Assembly: GCA_965248695.1 (NCBI GenBank)
Contig: CBDFKD010000002.1
Span: forward strand, 1,664,001-1,728,000
Direction: 5' to 3'
DNA length: 64,000 nt
From: Acidobacteriota bacterium
GTDB taxonomy: Bacteria > Acidobacteriota > UBA890 > WLXD01
A program made the position numbers and the translations under genes. Position 1 is the stretch's first letter; every line of letters begins with the position of its first letter. The notes under the pieces are model-generated. The model was given only the letters and a program-made list of their open reading frames with translations, did not search any database and was not told where the DNA came from. Below, piece after piece: positions 1 to 9,572 of this stretch.

Positions 1-632
1 AAAGAGGTAAGGCCGCCGTCCCGGATCTCCTTGAGGCCGGTGCCGAGCGCGTTGGACTCGCTGTAGCAGATGCCGAGCACGCGCAGGCCGAAGCCGTAGA
101 GGATCTCGATGCGATCGAGCTCGTTCTCGATCATCGCCGCACCCTCCTGCGCCGGCACAAGCGCGATGCGCCCCTCGCGGTGCGCGCGGCGAATATCGTC
201 GACCACCTCGCAGCGGATGATGAAGTCCTGATGAGCAAGATCACACAGGCGCATGCCCATGTCGTAGATGACGTCGTCCCACTTCCAGCCGCTCTTGGAG
301 GTGATGATCGCGCTGCCGTCGAGGAAGTTGTCGAAGACGCAATCCCAGTACGAATCGCCCAGCGCCTCGTAAGCGGTGAACACGCGGGCCTCGCGGTCGT
401 ACGCCATCATCTCGTCGAGCGCGGCCGGGAAGTAGTGCGGATGCTCGTGTAACGAGATCATCAGCAGGCGCTCGGCGAGATCCTCGACCCGGGCCACCTG
501 CTCATCGGTCAACGGCAGCAGGTACGGCTCACCCTTGCAGTGGCCCTCGACGAGCTCGAACTCGCGAAAATCGCGCGTCGTCTTCAGGTAGTCGAACGAT
601 CTGTAGCCGGTGAATTGCTTGTTGGTGCCCAT
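1..632 (-). CDS. Membrane dipeptidase (peptidase M19, amidohydrolase fold); runs off the left edge
   Basis: Hand translation from ATG at 632: MGTNKQFTGYRSFDYL...ISLHEHP...GRIALVPAQEGAAMIENELDRIEILYGFGLRVLGICYSESNALGTG...DGGLT, a renal-dipeptidase-like motif order. Absent from the ORF track because it has no stop in the window. Confidence 0.8.
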   Translation of the reverse strand, partial: MGTNKQFTGYRSFDYLKTTRDFREFELVEGHCKGEPYLLPLTDEQVARVEDLAERLLMISLHEHPHYFPAALDEMMAYDREARVFTAYEALGDSYWDCVFDNFLDGSAIITSKSGWKWDDVIYDMGMRLCDLAHQDFIIRCEVVDDIRRAHREGRIALVPAQEGAAMIENELDRIEILYGFGLRVLGICYSESNALGTGLKEIRDGGLTS

Positions 633-691
633 GCAGGCCTCTCGGTGTCGGTTCCACAGGTAGCCTCGCGGATCGCGGCGGACAACTTACA

Positions 692-901
692 TCAGCCGCG
701 ATCGCTGAGAGTGAAAGGCTCACCGCGGGGACCCCGTCGCGAGCGCAGCAGCTCCGGAGACAGACCCGTCATCTGATCCACGAGCAGCCCGATCTGTATT
801 GGCGAGGGCTTCGAGCGAACCCGGGCCAGGCGAAGTGAGGCGACATCGGCGGCCCGAGTCGGCAGGTCTCGATCAAGGCTGGAAAGATCAGAGGCTGGCA
901 T
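692..901 (-). CDS. Small hypothetical protein, probable partner of the upstream nucleotidyltransferase
   Basis: MPASDLSSLDRDLPTRAADVASLRLAR...GEPFTL; ATG at 901 overlaps the end of the NTase gene, suggesting translational coupling. Confidence 0.55.
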   Translation of the reverse strand: MPASDLSSLDRDLPTRAADVASLRLARVRSKPSPIQIGLLVDQMTGLSPELLRSRRGPRGEPFTLSDRG

Positions 902-1418
902 TGACCCTCTTCCACTCATCGAGCAGGTCATGGCGCTCGAAATAGACGCGCACGGACTCGGCGTCGACGCCGGTGGCGCGTAGTAGCTCGACGATGTCGG
1001 CCAACTCCTGGAATTGCCGGCTCGGGTCGTTCTTGGCCGCCAGCACCTTCATGGCCACCAGGTGCTCGGGCCGCGGTACCTTGGCAACGACGCCCGGGAA
1101 GATCTCCGACTCTTCGGCCTCACCGAACAGATCCTTCGCGGTCGGCGGATCGACGTAGACGACGTCGATGCGGCCCATCTCGGCGACCGGGTGCGCGTGG
1201 CTGGAGTATCCGTCCGACCGGTGCAACGTCTCGTAGCCGAGCGATTCCAGGTGCGCCACCAGAAAGTCCTGCGCGCGCCGCTCCGCGGCGATATCAACGT
1301 CGAGCGTCAGACGGCCGGCTCCATGGACGGCGAGCGCCAGCCCGCCGATCACGGCCCAGTCCGCCTGGTGCGCGGCCAAGCACGCCGCTGCCTCCCGCAG
1401 CACCCTGGCAAAGTCCAC
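888..1418 (-). CDS. Pol-beta-superfamily nucleotidyltransferase (AbiEii/DUF6036-like)
   Basis: IGGLAL...RLTLDVD (GG...DxD) motif, RIDVV third Asp, EHLVAMK. Confidence 0.8.
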   Translation of the reverse strand: MDFARVLREAAACLAAHQADWAVIGGLALAVHGAGRLTLDVDIAAERRAQDFLVAHLESLGYETLHRSDGYSSHAHPVAEMGRIDVVYVDPPTAKDLFGEAEESEIFPGVVAKVPRPEHLVAMKVLAAKNDPSRQFQELADIVELLRATGVDAESVRVYFERHDLLDEWKRVNASL

Positions 1419-1440
1419 CAGTCGCCCTCAGTGGCTCCCG

Positions 1441-2265
1441 CTAGAGCGGCCGATTCGGGTAGGCGATCGTGCGCCACATGTGGGCAACCGGGCTGTTGTC
1501 GTATCCCAGCCCTTCCTTCGGCTGCTTGAAATGGCGTCCGATGATGTCGATGAAGGGCTCGATCGATACCTCGGCATCGCGGTCGAACGCGTAGGTGTCG
1601 TTGACCGTGATCAAGCGAGCATCCATGTACATCGGGTGTGCACGGGCGTACTCGTACGCCGCCTTGATGTACGGCTCGGGGACGTAGTCCTCGCCGAAGA
1701 TGCGGTTGTACATCTCGGGGTACTCGTAGCCGACGCTGTCGTCGGGGTAGAAGCGCAACGGCGCGTGGTAGCGGATCCCCCAGCTGACGCGCTCGTCGAC
1801 GTACGGCTCCATGAGCTGCGCTCCCCACCAGCCGTGATCGACCTTGATCAGGTTGAGCACCACGTCGTGGAGCAGACACGCCAGGACCGTATGCTCCGGC
1901 TGCCCGGTCTTGAGCGCGTGAGTGGCGCTCTGCAGCACATGGTTGGCGGGTGCGAAGCGCTTCTCGAAGAACTCCGCCAGCGTCGGCTTGTCCGACATCG
2001 GGGCGAACGGCTCGGCACGTGGCATGAACAAGCTGCCGGTGCCTCGCGGCGCCCGGCGCTCGTCCTCCTGCTGCAGCTCGGCCACCGCAACGGCCTCGCC
2101 GTCGGGCATGTAGAGCACCGGCTCGACACCATCGCGGGCAGCGACGGCGAGATCGAGCTCCTCCATCATGTAGTGCTCGAGCTCTTCGGCCTTGTCCTCC
2201 GGAGACATCAGCTCGAGTGTGCCTACGCCCAGTGTGGCCAGGAATGCTCTGCGATCGACCTCCAT
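1441..2265 (-). CDS. HD-domain metalloprotein (PhnZ-like motif spacing) with N-terminal twin-arginine-like motif
   Basis: NHVLQSATHA...ACLLHDV...DHGWWGA...IRYH; N-terminus MEVDRRAFLATLG; start chosen at ATG 2265 after GAGGAG. Confidence 0.7.
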   Translation of the reverse strand: MEVDRRAFLATLGVGTLELMSPEDKAEELEHYMMEELDLAVAARDGVEPVLYMPDGEAVAVAELQQEDERRAPRGTGSLFMPRAEPFAPMSDKPTLAEFFEKRFAPANHVLQSATHALKTGQPEHTVLACLLHDVVLNLIKVDHGWWGAQLMEPYVDERVSWGIRYHAPLRFYPDDSVGYEYPEMYNRIFGEDYVPEPYIKAAYEYARAHPMYMDARLITVNDTYAFDRDAEVSIEPFIDIIGRHFKQPKEGLGYDNSPVAHMWRTIAYPNRPL

Positions 2266-2436
2266 GGCGGTCTCCTCGTCTCGGTGCGGAAGCAAGACTC
2301 AAGGGTGCCGGACTGCGGCATCCGCATGCTTCCACCGGGCTCGGTGCGCTGTCAACGGTGGATCGAGGCTGCGGCGGTCTCGGGCCTCTAGCAGGCATCC
2401 GATTTGACTCTCAAGGCGATGATCATGGGATCAGCT

Positions 2437-2445
2437 TGTTATACT
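2437..2445 (+). promoter_or_regulatory. Extended -10 promoter (TGTTATACT) for the vapBC-like operon; likely leaderless mRNA
   Basis: TGnTATACT ends 6 nt before ATG 2452; TGATC-N4-GATCA palindrome at 2420-2433 is a candidate autorepressor operator. Confidence 0.55.
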
Positions 2446-2451
2446 TATAGG

Positions 2452-2706
2452 ATGAGTACGAGGTTGCAGGTGGTGCTGGACGACGCCGAGCTCGAGGAGA
2501 TCCGTACCGTTGCGGAGCGACATCGAATGACGGTCTCCTCATGGGTGCGCCAGGCGCTGCGTGACGCCAGGCGACGCGAACCAACCCGACCGGCCGAGGT
2601 CAAGCTGGCCGCCCTGGAGCAGGCCAGTTGCCACAGCTACCCCACCGCGGACATCGACGAGATGCTGCGCCAGATCGCCCGTGGCCGCGACGGCGCCGAC
2701 GAGTGA
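2452..2706 (+). CDS. Antitoxin, ribbon-helix-helix type (VapB-like)
   Basis: MSTRLQVVLDDAELEEIRTVAERHRMTVSSWVRQALR; GTGA overlap with the PIN toxin. Confidence 0.8.
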   Translation: MSTRLQVVLDDAELEEIRTVAERHRMTVSSWVRQALRDARRREPTRPAEVKLAALEQASCHSYPTADIDEMLRQIARGRDGADE

Positions 2707-3098
2707 TCTTCGTCGATTCCAACATCCCGATGTACTTGGTGGGGGCAGCCCATCCGAACAAGACCAGGGCACGGAAAGTGCTCGCTCAACTCGTGAGCCA
2801 GGAAGCCCGGCTGGTGACGGACGCCGAGGTTTTCCAGGAAATTCTGCATCGCTACACCGCGATCCGCAGGCCCGACGCCATCGAAGCGGCGTGGCAGCTG
2901 CTTGAAGCCCTGGTCGACGAGACCTTCCCTATCGAGCTCGCTGACGTGGAAGCGGCGCGCCGCTTGATCGACGCCAAGGGCGACGTGTCGGCGCGCGACG
3001 CCCTGCACGCCGCGATCATGCTCCACAACGACGTGGCGCAGGTGTTCAGCTTCGACACGCACTTCGACGCGCTCGACGGCATCGTGCGGCTGGCGTAG
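2703..3098 (+). CDS. vapC: PIN-domain toxin (VapC family)
   Basis: IFVDSNI, VFQEIL, RDALHAA, FSFDTHFD acidic PIN motifs; GTG start at 2703. Confidence 0.9.
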   Translation: MIFVDSNIPMYLVGAAHPNKTRARKVLAQLVSQEARLVTDAEVFQEILHRYTAIRRPDAIEAAWQLLEALVDETFPIELADVEAARRLIDAKGDVSARDALHAAIMLHNDVAQVFSFDTHFDALDGIVRLA

Positions 3099-3101
3099 GG
3101 G

Positions 3102-3917
3102 CTACTGACGGAATGCGCTCGAACTGCACCGCGTTGTGGTGTGCCGTCTACCCGAGCGAGACATCAGATCGACGGTGACCGGGTTGTGGTCGCTGAGACG
3201 CTCCCACGGCTCGCCCGTACTCACCTCGGCGGAACGCAAGCAGGCCGCCCAACTCTTCGGCACCAGGATCTCGTCGCAGTGGTACGCCGTCACCGGGTCG
3301 CGCGTCCAGCGCAGCGTCTGTGTCAGAGGCACCCCAGGGTGAATGGCTCGCCACGCGTTCGCCAATCCGAGCTCCACCTCGGTCCGCTCCAGGAAGCGCT
3401 GCTCCCCGCGGCTGTTGGCGCGCTCTTCTCCGGGGGCTCGGTGGGCAACCGTCAGATTGAAGTCGCCTCCGATCACCAGGTCACCACCAGCCGACTGTGC
3501 CGCGATACCGTCGAGCATGGCATTGGCCTCGCGCACGTAGCTTCGCCGCCGGGCCGGCACGTGCACGCTGTACACGTGCCATGGCGGCCGTCGCGGCCAG
3601 GCGGTCACCACCGCCCCGACCACCCACCCGTCGAAGCCCGGAACCGGCAGGAGCGCCCGCGGCCGCCGCGGAAGCAACAGCGCCGAACCCCATTTGCCAT
3701 GCTCTACCGGGGCCCACACAAGGCGCCCGCGCGGAATCCCGAGCTCCGCGGCGAAGTTGCGCGGATCACGCGTCTCCTGCACCAGGGCGATATCGGGGGC
3801 CAGCCGATCGATCATTTCCTGCCAGTGGCTCAGCGACCCCCCGGCTCGCATGTTGAAGGAGACGAGCCGCAGCGTGGGCGTCTCACCAGGCACTACGAGA
3901 CTCCTCCTCGCGTCCAT
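3102..3917 (-). CDS. Endonuclease/exonuclease/phosphatase (EEP) family protein
   Basis: VSFN, DIALVQE, GGDFN, SDHNPV motifs. Confidence 0.9.
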   Translation of the reverse strand: MDARRSLVVPGETPTLRLVSFNMRAGGSLSHWQEMIDRLAPDIALVQETRDPRNFAAELGIPRGRLVWAPVEHGKWGSALLLPRRPRALLPVPGFDGWVVGAVVTAWPRRPPWHVYSVHVPARRRSYVREANAMLDGIAAQSAGGDLVIGGDFNLTVAHRAPGEERANSRGEQRFLERTEVELGLANAWRAIHPGVPLTQTLRWTRDPVTAYHCDEILVPKSWAACLRSAEVSTGEPWERLSDHNPVTVDLMSRSGRRHTTTRCSSSAFRQ

Positions 3918-3955
3918 TGCTTGAACCTAATTAGTTAGTTTAGTATTGAACTAAG
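3917..3955 (+). promoter_or_regulatory. AT-rich promoter/operator of the phd-vapC module
   Basis: TTAGTT(3935-3940)...AACTAA(3949-3954) inverted repeat immediately before ATG 3956; no Shine-Dalgarno. Confidence 0.5.
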
Positions 3956-4207
3956 ATGAAGGTCAATATGCACGACGCCAAGACGAATCTGTCGCGCTAC
4001 CTGGCGCAGTTGCGCGACGGCGAGAGCATCGTTGTCTGCCGCCGCAACGTGCCGGTGGCGGAGATCCGACCCCTGCGTCCACAGCGACGCCAGCTCGCGG
4101 AGCCTGGCCGCTGGAAGGGCGCGATCAAGGTGCCGGCCGATTTCTCCGCGTCCCTCCCGGATGCACTACTCGACGCGTTCGAGGGCCTACCGAGCAGCGA
4201 GGAATGA
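3956..4207 (+). CDS. Phd/YefM-family antitoxin
   Basis: MKVNMHDAKTNLSRYL...GESIVVCRRNVPVAEIRP; ATGA overlap with toxin. Confidence 0.9.
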   Translation: MKVNMHDAKTNLSRYLAQLRDGESIVVCRRNVPVAEIRPLRPQRRQLAEPGRWKGAIKVPADFSASLPDALLDAFEGLPSSEE

Positions 4208-4590
4208 ACGTCCTCCTCGATACCGCGCCCTTCCTGTGGCTGGCCGCGGACACGCCGGCGTTGTCGAAGCGTGTCCGCGAGGTGGTTCTCGACGCAGACA
4301 ATTCGATCTTCCTCAGCGCGGTGTCGGCCTGGGAGATCGCAGTGAAGTACCGCCTGGGTCGCTTGCCCCTCCCGGAACGACCCGAGACATTGGTGCCGGC
4401 AATCCGCGACGCCTACGCCATCGAATCGCTGCCGCTGGAGGAAACGGCGACCCTACATGTGCACCGGCTGCCCGAGTACCACCGCGACCCGTTCGACCGC
4501 ATGCTGGTGTGTCAGGCGATCGCCCATGGCCTGACGCTGGCGACGCCGGACGACGCGATCCGCCGCTATCCCGTGCCGACGATCTGGTAG
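4204..4590 (+). CDS. vapC: PIN-domain toxin (VapC family)
   Basis: LLDT, SAVSAWEI, HRDPFDRMLVCQA, TPD motifs. Confidence 0.92.
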   Translation: MNVLLDTAPFLWLAADTPALSKRVREVVLDADNSIFLSAVSAWEIAVKYRLGRLPLPERPETLVPAIRDAYAIESLPLEETATLHVHRLPEYHRDPFDRMLVCQAIAHGLTLATPDDAIRRYPVPTIW

Positions 4591-4688
4591 GCGCAGCGCA
4601 GCACGACGTCACATCGACCATCTCGGTCAACTAGCGCGCCGTCGCGGACGCCGGCACGTTCGACGCACTCGAAGACGCGGTCGGGTCG

Positions 4689-7600
4689 CTACATGTTCCG
4701 CCGGTATTGGCCGCCGACGTCGTACAGCGCCCCCGAGAGCTGGCGCAGGCTGCAGACCTTGGCCGCTTCCATCAGCGCCTCGAACGTGTTGCCGTTGTCC
4801 ACCGCGGTATGCTGCAGGCGCTCGAGCGCGTCCCCGGCGACCGTGCCGTTGCGCTCCTGGAACGCCTGGCGCGACGCGATCGCGTACTCCTTCTCCTCGG
4901 TGGTGGAACGGAAGACATCATCGGGGATGATCGTCGGTGAGCCTTCCTCGTCGAGGAACGTGTTGACGCCGACGATCGGTAGCTCGCCGGTGTGCTTGAG
5001 GCTTTCGTAATAGTGCGACTCCTCCTGGATGCGCGAGCGCTGGTACATGCGCTCCATGGCGCCCAGCACTCCGCCGCGCTCGGAGATGTTGCGGAATTCC
5101 TGCAGTACGGCCTGCTCGACGAGCTCGGTGAGCTCCTCGATGATGAACGACCCCTGTAACGGATTCTCGTTGCGCGCCAGCCCGAGCTCCTTGTTGATGA
5201 TCAGCTGGATCGCCAGCGCCCGGCGTACGCTCTCCTCCGTCGGCGTGGTCAGCGCTTCGTCGTAGGCGTTCGTGTGCAAGGAATTGCAGTTGTCGTAGAT
5301 GGCGTAGAGCGCCTGCAACGTGGTGCGGATGTCGTTGAAGGCGATCTCCTGGGCGTGCAGCGATCGCCCCGACGTCTGGATGTGGTACTTGAGCTTCTGT
5401 GAGCGTGCGCTGCCGCCGTACTTGCGCTTGATCGCCTTGGCCCAGATGCGCCGCGCCACCCGCCCCATGACCGAATACTCGGGGTCCATGCCATTGGAGA
5501 AGAAGAACGACAGGTTCGGAGCGAAGTCGTTGATCGCCATGCCGCGCGACAGGTAGTACTCGACGAAGGTGAAGCCGTTCGCCAGCGTGAAGGCCAGCTG
5601 GCTGATGGGGTTCGCTCCGGCTTCGGCCATGTGGTACCCGGAAATAGACACCGAGTAGAAATTCCGTACCTGGTGGTCGATGAAGTACTGCTGGATGTCA
5701 CCCATCATCCGCAGCGCGAACTCGGTGGAGAATATGCAGGTGTTCTGCGCCTGGTCCTCTTTGAGGATGTCCGCCTGCACGGTGCCGCGAACACCGCGCA
5801 GCGTATCGGCCTTGATGCGCTCGTAGACCTCCCGATCCAGCACCTCATCGCCGCTGACGCCGAGAAGCGCCAACCCGAGGCCGTCGCCGTGCTCGGGCGG
5901 TGCGCCCTGATACGCCGGCCGCTCCACGCCCTTGGCGTCGTAGATCGCATCGATCTTCGCCTCGACGTCGGCTGCGAGCCCTTCACGCTGTATATGCAGC
6001 TCACACTGCTGATCGATCGCGGCGTTGAGAAAGAACGCCAGCAGCATCGGCGCCGGACCGTTGATGGTCATCGACACCGACGTCGCCGGGTCGAGCAGAT
6101 CGAACCCCGAGTAGAGCTTCTTGGCGTCGTCGACCGTACAGACGCTCACCCCGGAGTTGCCCACCTTGCCGTAGATGTCGGGACGCGGATCCGGATCCTC
6201 GCCGTACAGGGTGACGGAGTCGAACGCCGTCGACAGGCGCCGCGCAGGCATCCCGTGCGACAGGTAATGGAAGCGGTGGTTGGTGCGCTCCGGGCCACCC
6301 TCGCCGGCGAACATCCGTGCCGGGTCTTCGGTCTCAATGCGCTTGAGCGGGAATACGCCGGCAGCATACGGAAACTCGCCGGGCACGTTCTCGGTCAGCA
6401 GCCAGCGCAAGATGTCGCCCCAGTCCAGATAACGTGGCAGCACCACTTTGGGAATACGCAGGTGGGACAACGACTCGGTGAACAGCGGACGCTCGATTAC
6501 CTGGTCGCGGACTTCGTACCGGTATACGTCGGCCCTGAACCGCTCCTGGGTCGCGGGCCACTCACGTAGCAGCCGCCGGCACACGGGGTCCAGGCGCTCG
6601 TGGAGCTCGTCATGGCGTGCGACGAGCTCCGTCGGGGCCTCGGCGCCATCGGCTCGCAACTGTTCAAGAGCACCGTTCAGCTGATACAGCTTGCTGCCCA
6701 TCGCCGCCTGCTCGTCGACGAACGCGCCGTAGGCATCGCTGTCCTCGGCGATCTCGGCGAGGTAGCGGACCCGCTCGGGCGGAATCACCAGCGTCGTGGC
6801 GGCGCTCACTTCAGCGCCTAGTGGACCCGGTACCGACTCGGCACCGCGGTCCGCCAACCTGTCCATCAACACGCGATACAGGCGCGTCATGCCGGGATCG
6901 TTGAACTGCGAAGCGATCGTCGAGTACACCGGGAGCTCGTCGTCCTTTGCGTCGAAGAGCTCGTGGTTGCGCCGGTACTGCTTGCGCACGTCGCGTAAGG
7001 CATCGAGCGAGCCGCGTTTGTCGAACTTGTTGATCGCGATGACGTCGGCGAAGTCGAGCATGTCGATCTTCTCGAGCTGCGTCGCAGCGCCGTACTCGGC
7101 AGTCATCACATACACCGAGACGTCGGCGTGATCGGTGATCTCGGTGTCCGACTGCCCGATGCCGGAGGTCTCGAGGATGATGAGGTCGAAGTTCGCCGCC
7201 CGACAGATATCGAGCGCGTGCCGCACATGCTTTGACAGCGCCAGGTTCGACTGCCGCGTGGCCAGCGAGCGCATGTAGGCACGATCGCTGTCGATGGCGT
7301 TCATGCGGATGCGATCGCCAAGCAGCGCCCCTCCGGTACGGCGCTTCGAGGGATCGACGGAGATCACGGCGACGGTGGTGTCATCGGACTCGAGCAGGAA
7401 CCGACGCACGAGCTCATCCACGAGCGACGACTTGCCGGCACCGCCGGGCCCCGTAATGCCCAGCACCGGCACGGAGCCGTCCTTCGTCATCGCCTGCAGG
7501 GCAGGCTGCAACTCGGTGACGGCCTCGGGGTAGTTCTCCACCATCGTGATGAGCTGACCGATCAGCCGCGGGCTGCGCTCCGCCAGTCCGGCGAGATGGC

Positions 7601-8063
7601 CATTCGGTGTGGGACCCACGGTCGAGAAATCGCTTTGCTGCAAGAGGTCGTTGACCATCCCCTGAAGCCCGAGCTGGCGCCCGTCATCGGGTGAGTAGAC
7701 ACGTGCCACTCCATATTGATGGAGCTCATCGATCTCGGCGGGATGGATAGTGCCGCCGCCGCCGCAGAACACCTTGATGTGCCCGGCGCCGCGATCGCGC
7801 AGCAGGTCGACCATGTACTTGAAGTATTCGATGTGGCCGCCCTGATAGGACGTGACGGCAATCGCCTGCGCGTCTTCCTGGATGGCGCAGTCGACGATCG
7901 CTGCGACGGACCGGTTGTGGCCGAGATGAATGACCTCGGCGCCCGATGCCTGGAGGATGCGCCGCATGATGTTGATGGCAACGTCGTGGCCATCGAACAG
8001 TGAGGCGGCTGTCACCACGCGCACATGGTGCTCAGGCTTGTAAGGTTCGACCCGTTCTCCCAT
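4689..8063 (-). CDS. icmF: Fused isobutyryl-CoA mutase / MeaB-type GTPase chaperone
   Basis: B12-binding FDGHD domain, P-loop GPGGAGKSS, mutase [20 protein letters not shown]-terminal GGQYRRNM; start moved to ATG 8063. Confidence 0.95.
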   Translation of the reverse strand: MGERVEPYKPEHHVRVVTAASLFDGHDVAINIMRRILQASGAEVIHLGHNRSVAAIVDCAIQEDAQAIAVTSYQGGHIEYFKYMVDLLRDRGAGHIKVFCGGGGTIHPAEIDELHQYGVARVYSPDDGRQLGLQGMVNDLLQQSDFSTVGPTPNGHLAGLAERSPRLIGQLITMVENYPEAVTELQPALQAMTKDGSVPVLGITGPGGAGKSSLVDELVRRFLLESDDTTVAVISVDPSKRRTGGALLGDRIRMNAIDSDRAYMRSLATRQSNLALSKHVRHALDICRAANFDLIILETSGIGQSDTEITDHADVSVYVMTAEYGAATQLEKIDMLDFADVIAINKFDKRGSLDALRDVRKQYRRNHELFDAKDDELPVYSTIASQFNDPGMTRLYRVLMDRLADRGAESVPGPLGAEVSAATTLVIPPERVRYLAEIAEDSDAYGAFVDEQAAMGSKLYQLNGALEQLRADGAEAPTELVARHDELHERLDPVCRRLLREWPATQERFRADVYRYEVRDQVIERPLFTESLSHLRIPKVVLPRYLDWGDILRWLLTENVPGEFPYAAGVFPLKRIETEDPARMFAGEGGPERTNHRFHYLSHGMPARRLSTAFDSVTLYGEDPDPRPDIYGKVGNSGVSVCTVDDAKKLYSGFDLLDPATSVSMTINGPAPMLLAFFLNAAIDQQCELHIQREGLAADVEAKIDAIYDAKGVERPAYQGAPPEHGDGLGLALLGVSGDEVLDREVYERIKADTLRGVRGTVQADILKEDQAQNTCIFSTEFALRMMGDIQQYFIDHQVRNFYSVSISGYHMAEAGANPISQLAFTLANGFTFVEYYLSRGMAINDFAPNLSFFFSNGMDPEYSVMGRVARRIWAKAIKRKYGGSARSQKLKYHIQTSGRSLHAQEIAFNDIRTTLQALYAIYDNCNSLHTNAYDEALTTPTEESVRRALAIQLIINKELGLARNENPLQGSFIIEELTELVEQAVLQEFRNISERGGVLGAMERMYQRSRIQEESHYYESLKHTGELPIVGVNTFLDEEGSPTIIPDDVFRSTTEEKEYAIASRQAFQERNGTVAGDALERLQHTAVDNGNTFEALMEAAKVCSLRQLSGALYDVGGQYRRNM

Positions 8064-8100
8064 CACTGCGATCTTACTTGCAGCTCCGGGAATCCGCCTG

Positions 8101-8859
8101 TCAGGCGCTCGCTTTCGCCTCGCTGCCCGCTGCTGGCAATTCGCCGAACTTGCGGCGGTAGTACCGCTCCCAGTAGCTGTTGGCAACGGTCCCGATCACC
8201 CCGGGGGCGACCCACGGCACCCAATTGAACTGCCCCAGGATCGACAAATCGAGCACTATCCTCGAACCGAACACCAGGAACGCCGTGTGGAAGGCAATGC
8301 CGGCGCCCAGCAGCGCACCCATGTGCTCGTAGAACCAGGTCATCTTCTCTGCTGGCCGCCGATACGCGTACTTGTACATCCCATGGGTGGTCAATACACC
8401 GACCGGCGAGAGGGCCAGCATGATAATTGACACGCTGGACCAGAAGAACAAAGCCCAGGCGATAACGACAGCGCTACCGACAGCCGGAAGCACCATCAGC
8501 GCGCGATACAGCGGGGTACGGATGGAGTCCGGATCGCGCCGCGTCCGCACCGCCTGTATGGCGTGGTGCGTCAGCGCGATCGTCGCGCAGCCGAGATAGA
8601 ACAGAAAGATCAGGAACCCGAAATTGGTGGCGTTGTCGGTTATCGAGGCGCCGGCAGCCAGTGCCCGGCCGATACGCAGCGGCGGCGTCAACATCGCGGA
8701 GCCCCCCACTGCGAAGGCGCACACCGCGAACACCTTCCCGAACAGCATGTGCCGCTTACCGCCCTTCTTGCTGAGGATCGGCACCCACCAGGCCGCGAGG
8801 CCTACGAATCCCAACACAATGTGGCTCCACCTGAGCACCTGAATCAGTCCTTCCATCAT
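8101..8859 (-). CDS. Multi-pass membrane protein (DUF2306-like)
   Basis: HIVLG...KKGGKRH...GKVF, WFYEHMG, about 7 hydrophobic helices; coupled to the PadR gene. Confidence 0.7.
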   Translation of the reverse strand: MMEGLIQVLRWSHIVLGFVGLAAWWVPILSKKGGKRHMLFGKVFAVCAFAVGGSAMLTPPLRIGRALAAGASITDNATNFGFLIFLFYLGCATIALTHHAIQAVRTRRDPDSIRTPLYRALMVLPAVGSAVVIAWALFFWSSVSIIMLALSPVGVLTTHGMYKYAYRRPAEKMTWFYEHMGALLGAGIAFHTAFLVFGSRIVLDLSILGQFNWVPWVAPGVIGTVANSYWERYYRRKFGELPAAGSEAKASA

Positions 8860-9443
8860 CGTTCCTCCGCGCCGACAGGCTCCGGGTGGGCCGCGGCGAT
8901 TCGTTCGTTGAGTCGCTCAGTCGTCTCGTCGCACCAGGCGATCCGCGCTCGGTGGGCATGCAGGCCCATCCGCAACGCGGCGTGGTAGTGAAATCCATCT
9001 GCGTCGAGCTGGGAGAGATCGCCATACTCGTCGCGAATCTGGAGATCGGCCTGCTCCAGGAACGTGACCTTGTGAGCCCATTCGCGCCGCATACGGCGGA
9101 CCATGCGCAACGACTCCTCGAAGTTATCAAGCTCTCCGAGGAAGAACGTCTGCGCCACGTAGGCAAGGCGCTCACGACCGATCTTCGGTCCTTCACACAG
9201 CCAGGCGCGGAGGGCCTGCCGCCCAGCCGGCGTGGTTTCGTACACCTGCCGCCGGGGACCACGCTCCGACGGCGCCTCGGTACGTTGCAGGAGACCATCC
9301 GCCTCCATCCGCTTGAGCGCCGGATAGATCTGGCTGCGCTCGGCAAACCAGAAGTGGGCCGCCGCCTCGGTGAACTGTTTGCCCAAGTCGTACCCCGTCG
9401 ACGGGCTACGCAGCATACCGAGGAGGATGTGGTCGAGGCTCAT
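8856..9443 (-). CDS. PadR/AphA-family transcriptional regulator
   Basis: LDHILLGML...TGYDL...SQIYPALKRME...RRQVYETTPAGR; ATG 9443 (alternative TTG 9467). Confidence 0.92.
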   Translation of the reverse strand: MSLDHILLGMLRSPSTGYDLGKQFTEAAAHFWFAERSQIYPALKRMEADGLLQRTEAPSERGPRRQVYETTPAGRQALRAWLCEGPKIGRERLAYVAQTFFLGELDNFEESLRMVRRMRREWAHKVTFLEQADLQIRDEYGDLSQLDADGFHYHAALRMGLHAHRARIAWCDETTERLNERIAAAHPEPVGAEER

Positions 9444-9467
9444 TCCGGTCCCTGTTAGGTAAGACAA

Positions 9468-9506
9468 TAGATAAGTATTTATATAAATCTTTATCTAGTC
9501 TGTCAA
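9468..9506 (-). promoter_or_regulatory. Near-consensus sigma70 promoter overlapped by a 30-bp palindromic operator
   Basis: Minus strand TTGACA-17 nt-TATAAA; TAGATAAgtATTTATATAAATctTTATCTA (9468-9497) matches its own reverse complement at 26/30 positions. Confidence 0.8.
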
Positions 9507-9572
9507 CCTGGACGGCTCCGCCGATAACGACACGGCGTCGAGCCGGCTTCGCGGTGAGCGCGACGCGTCGGC

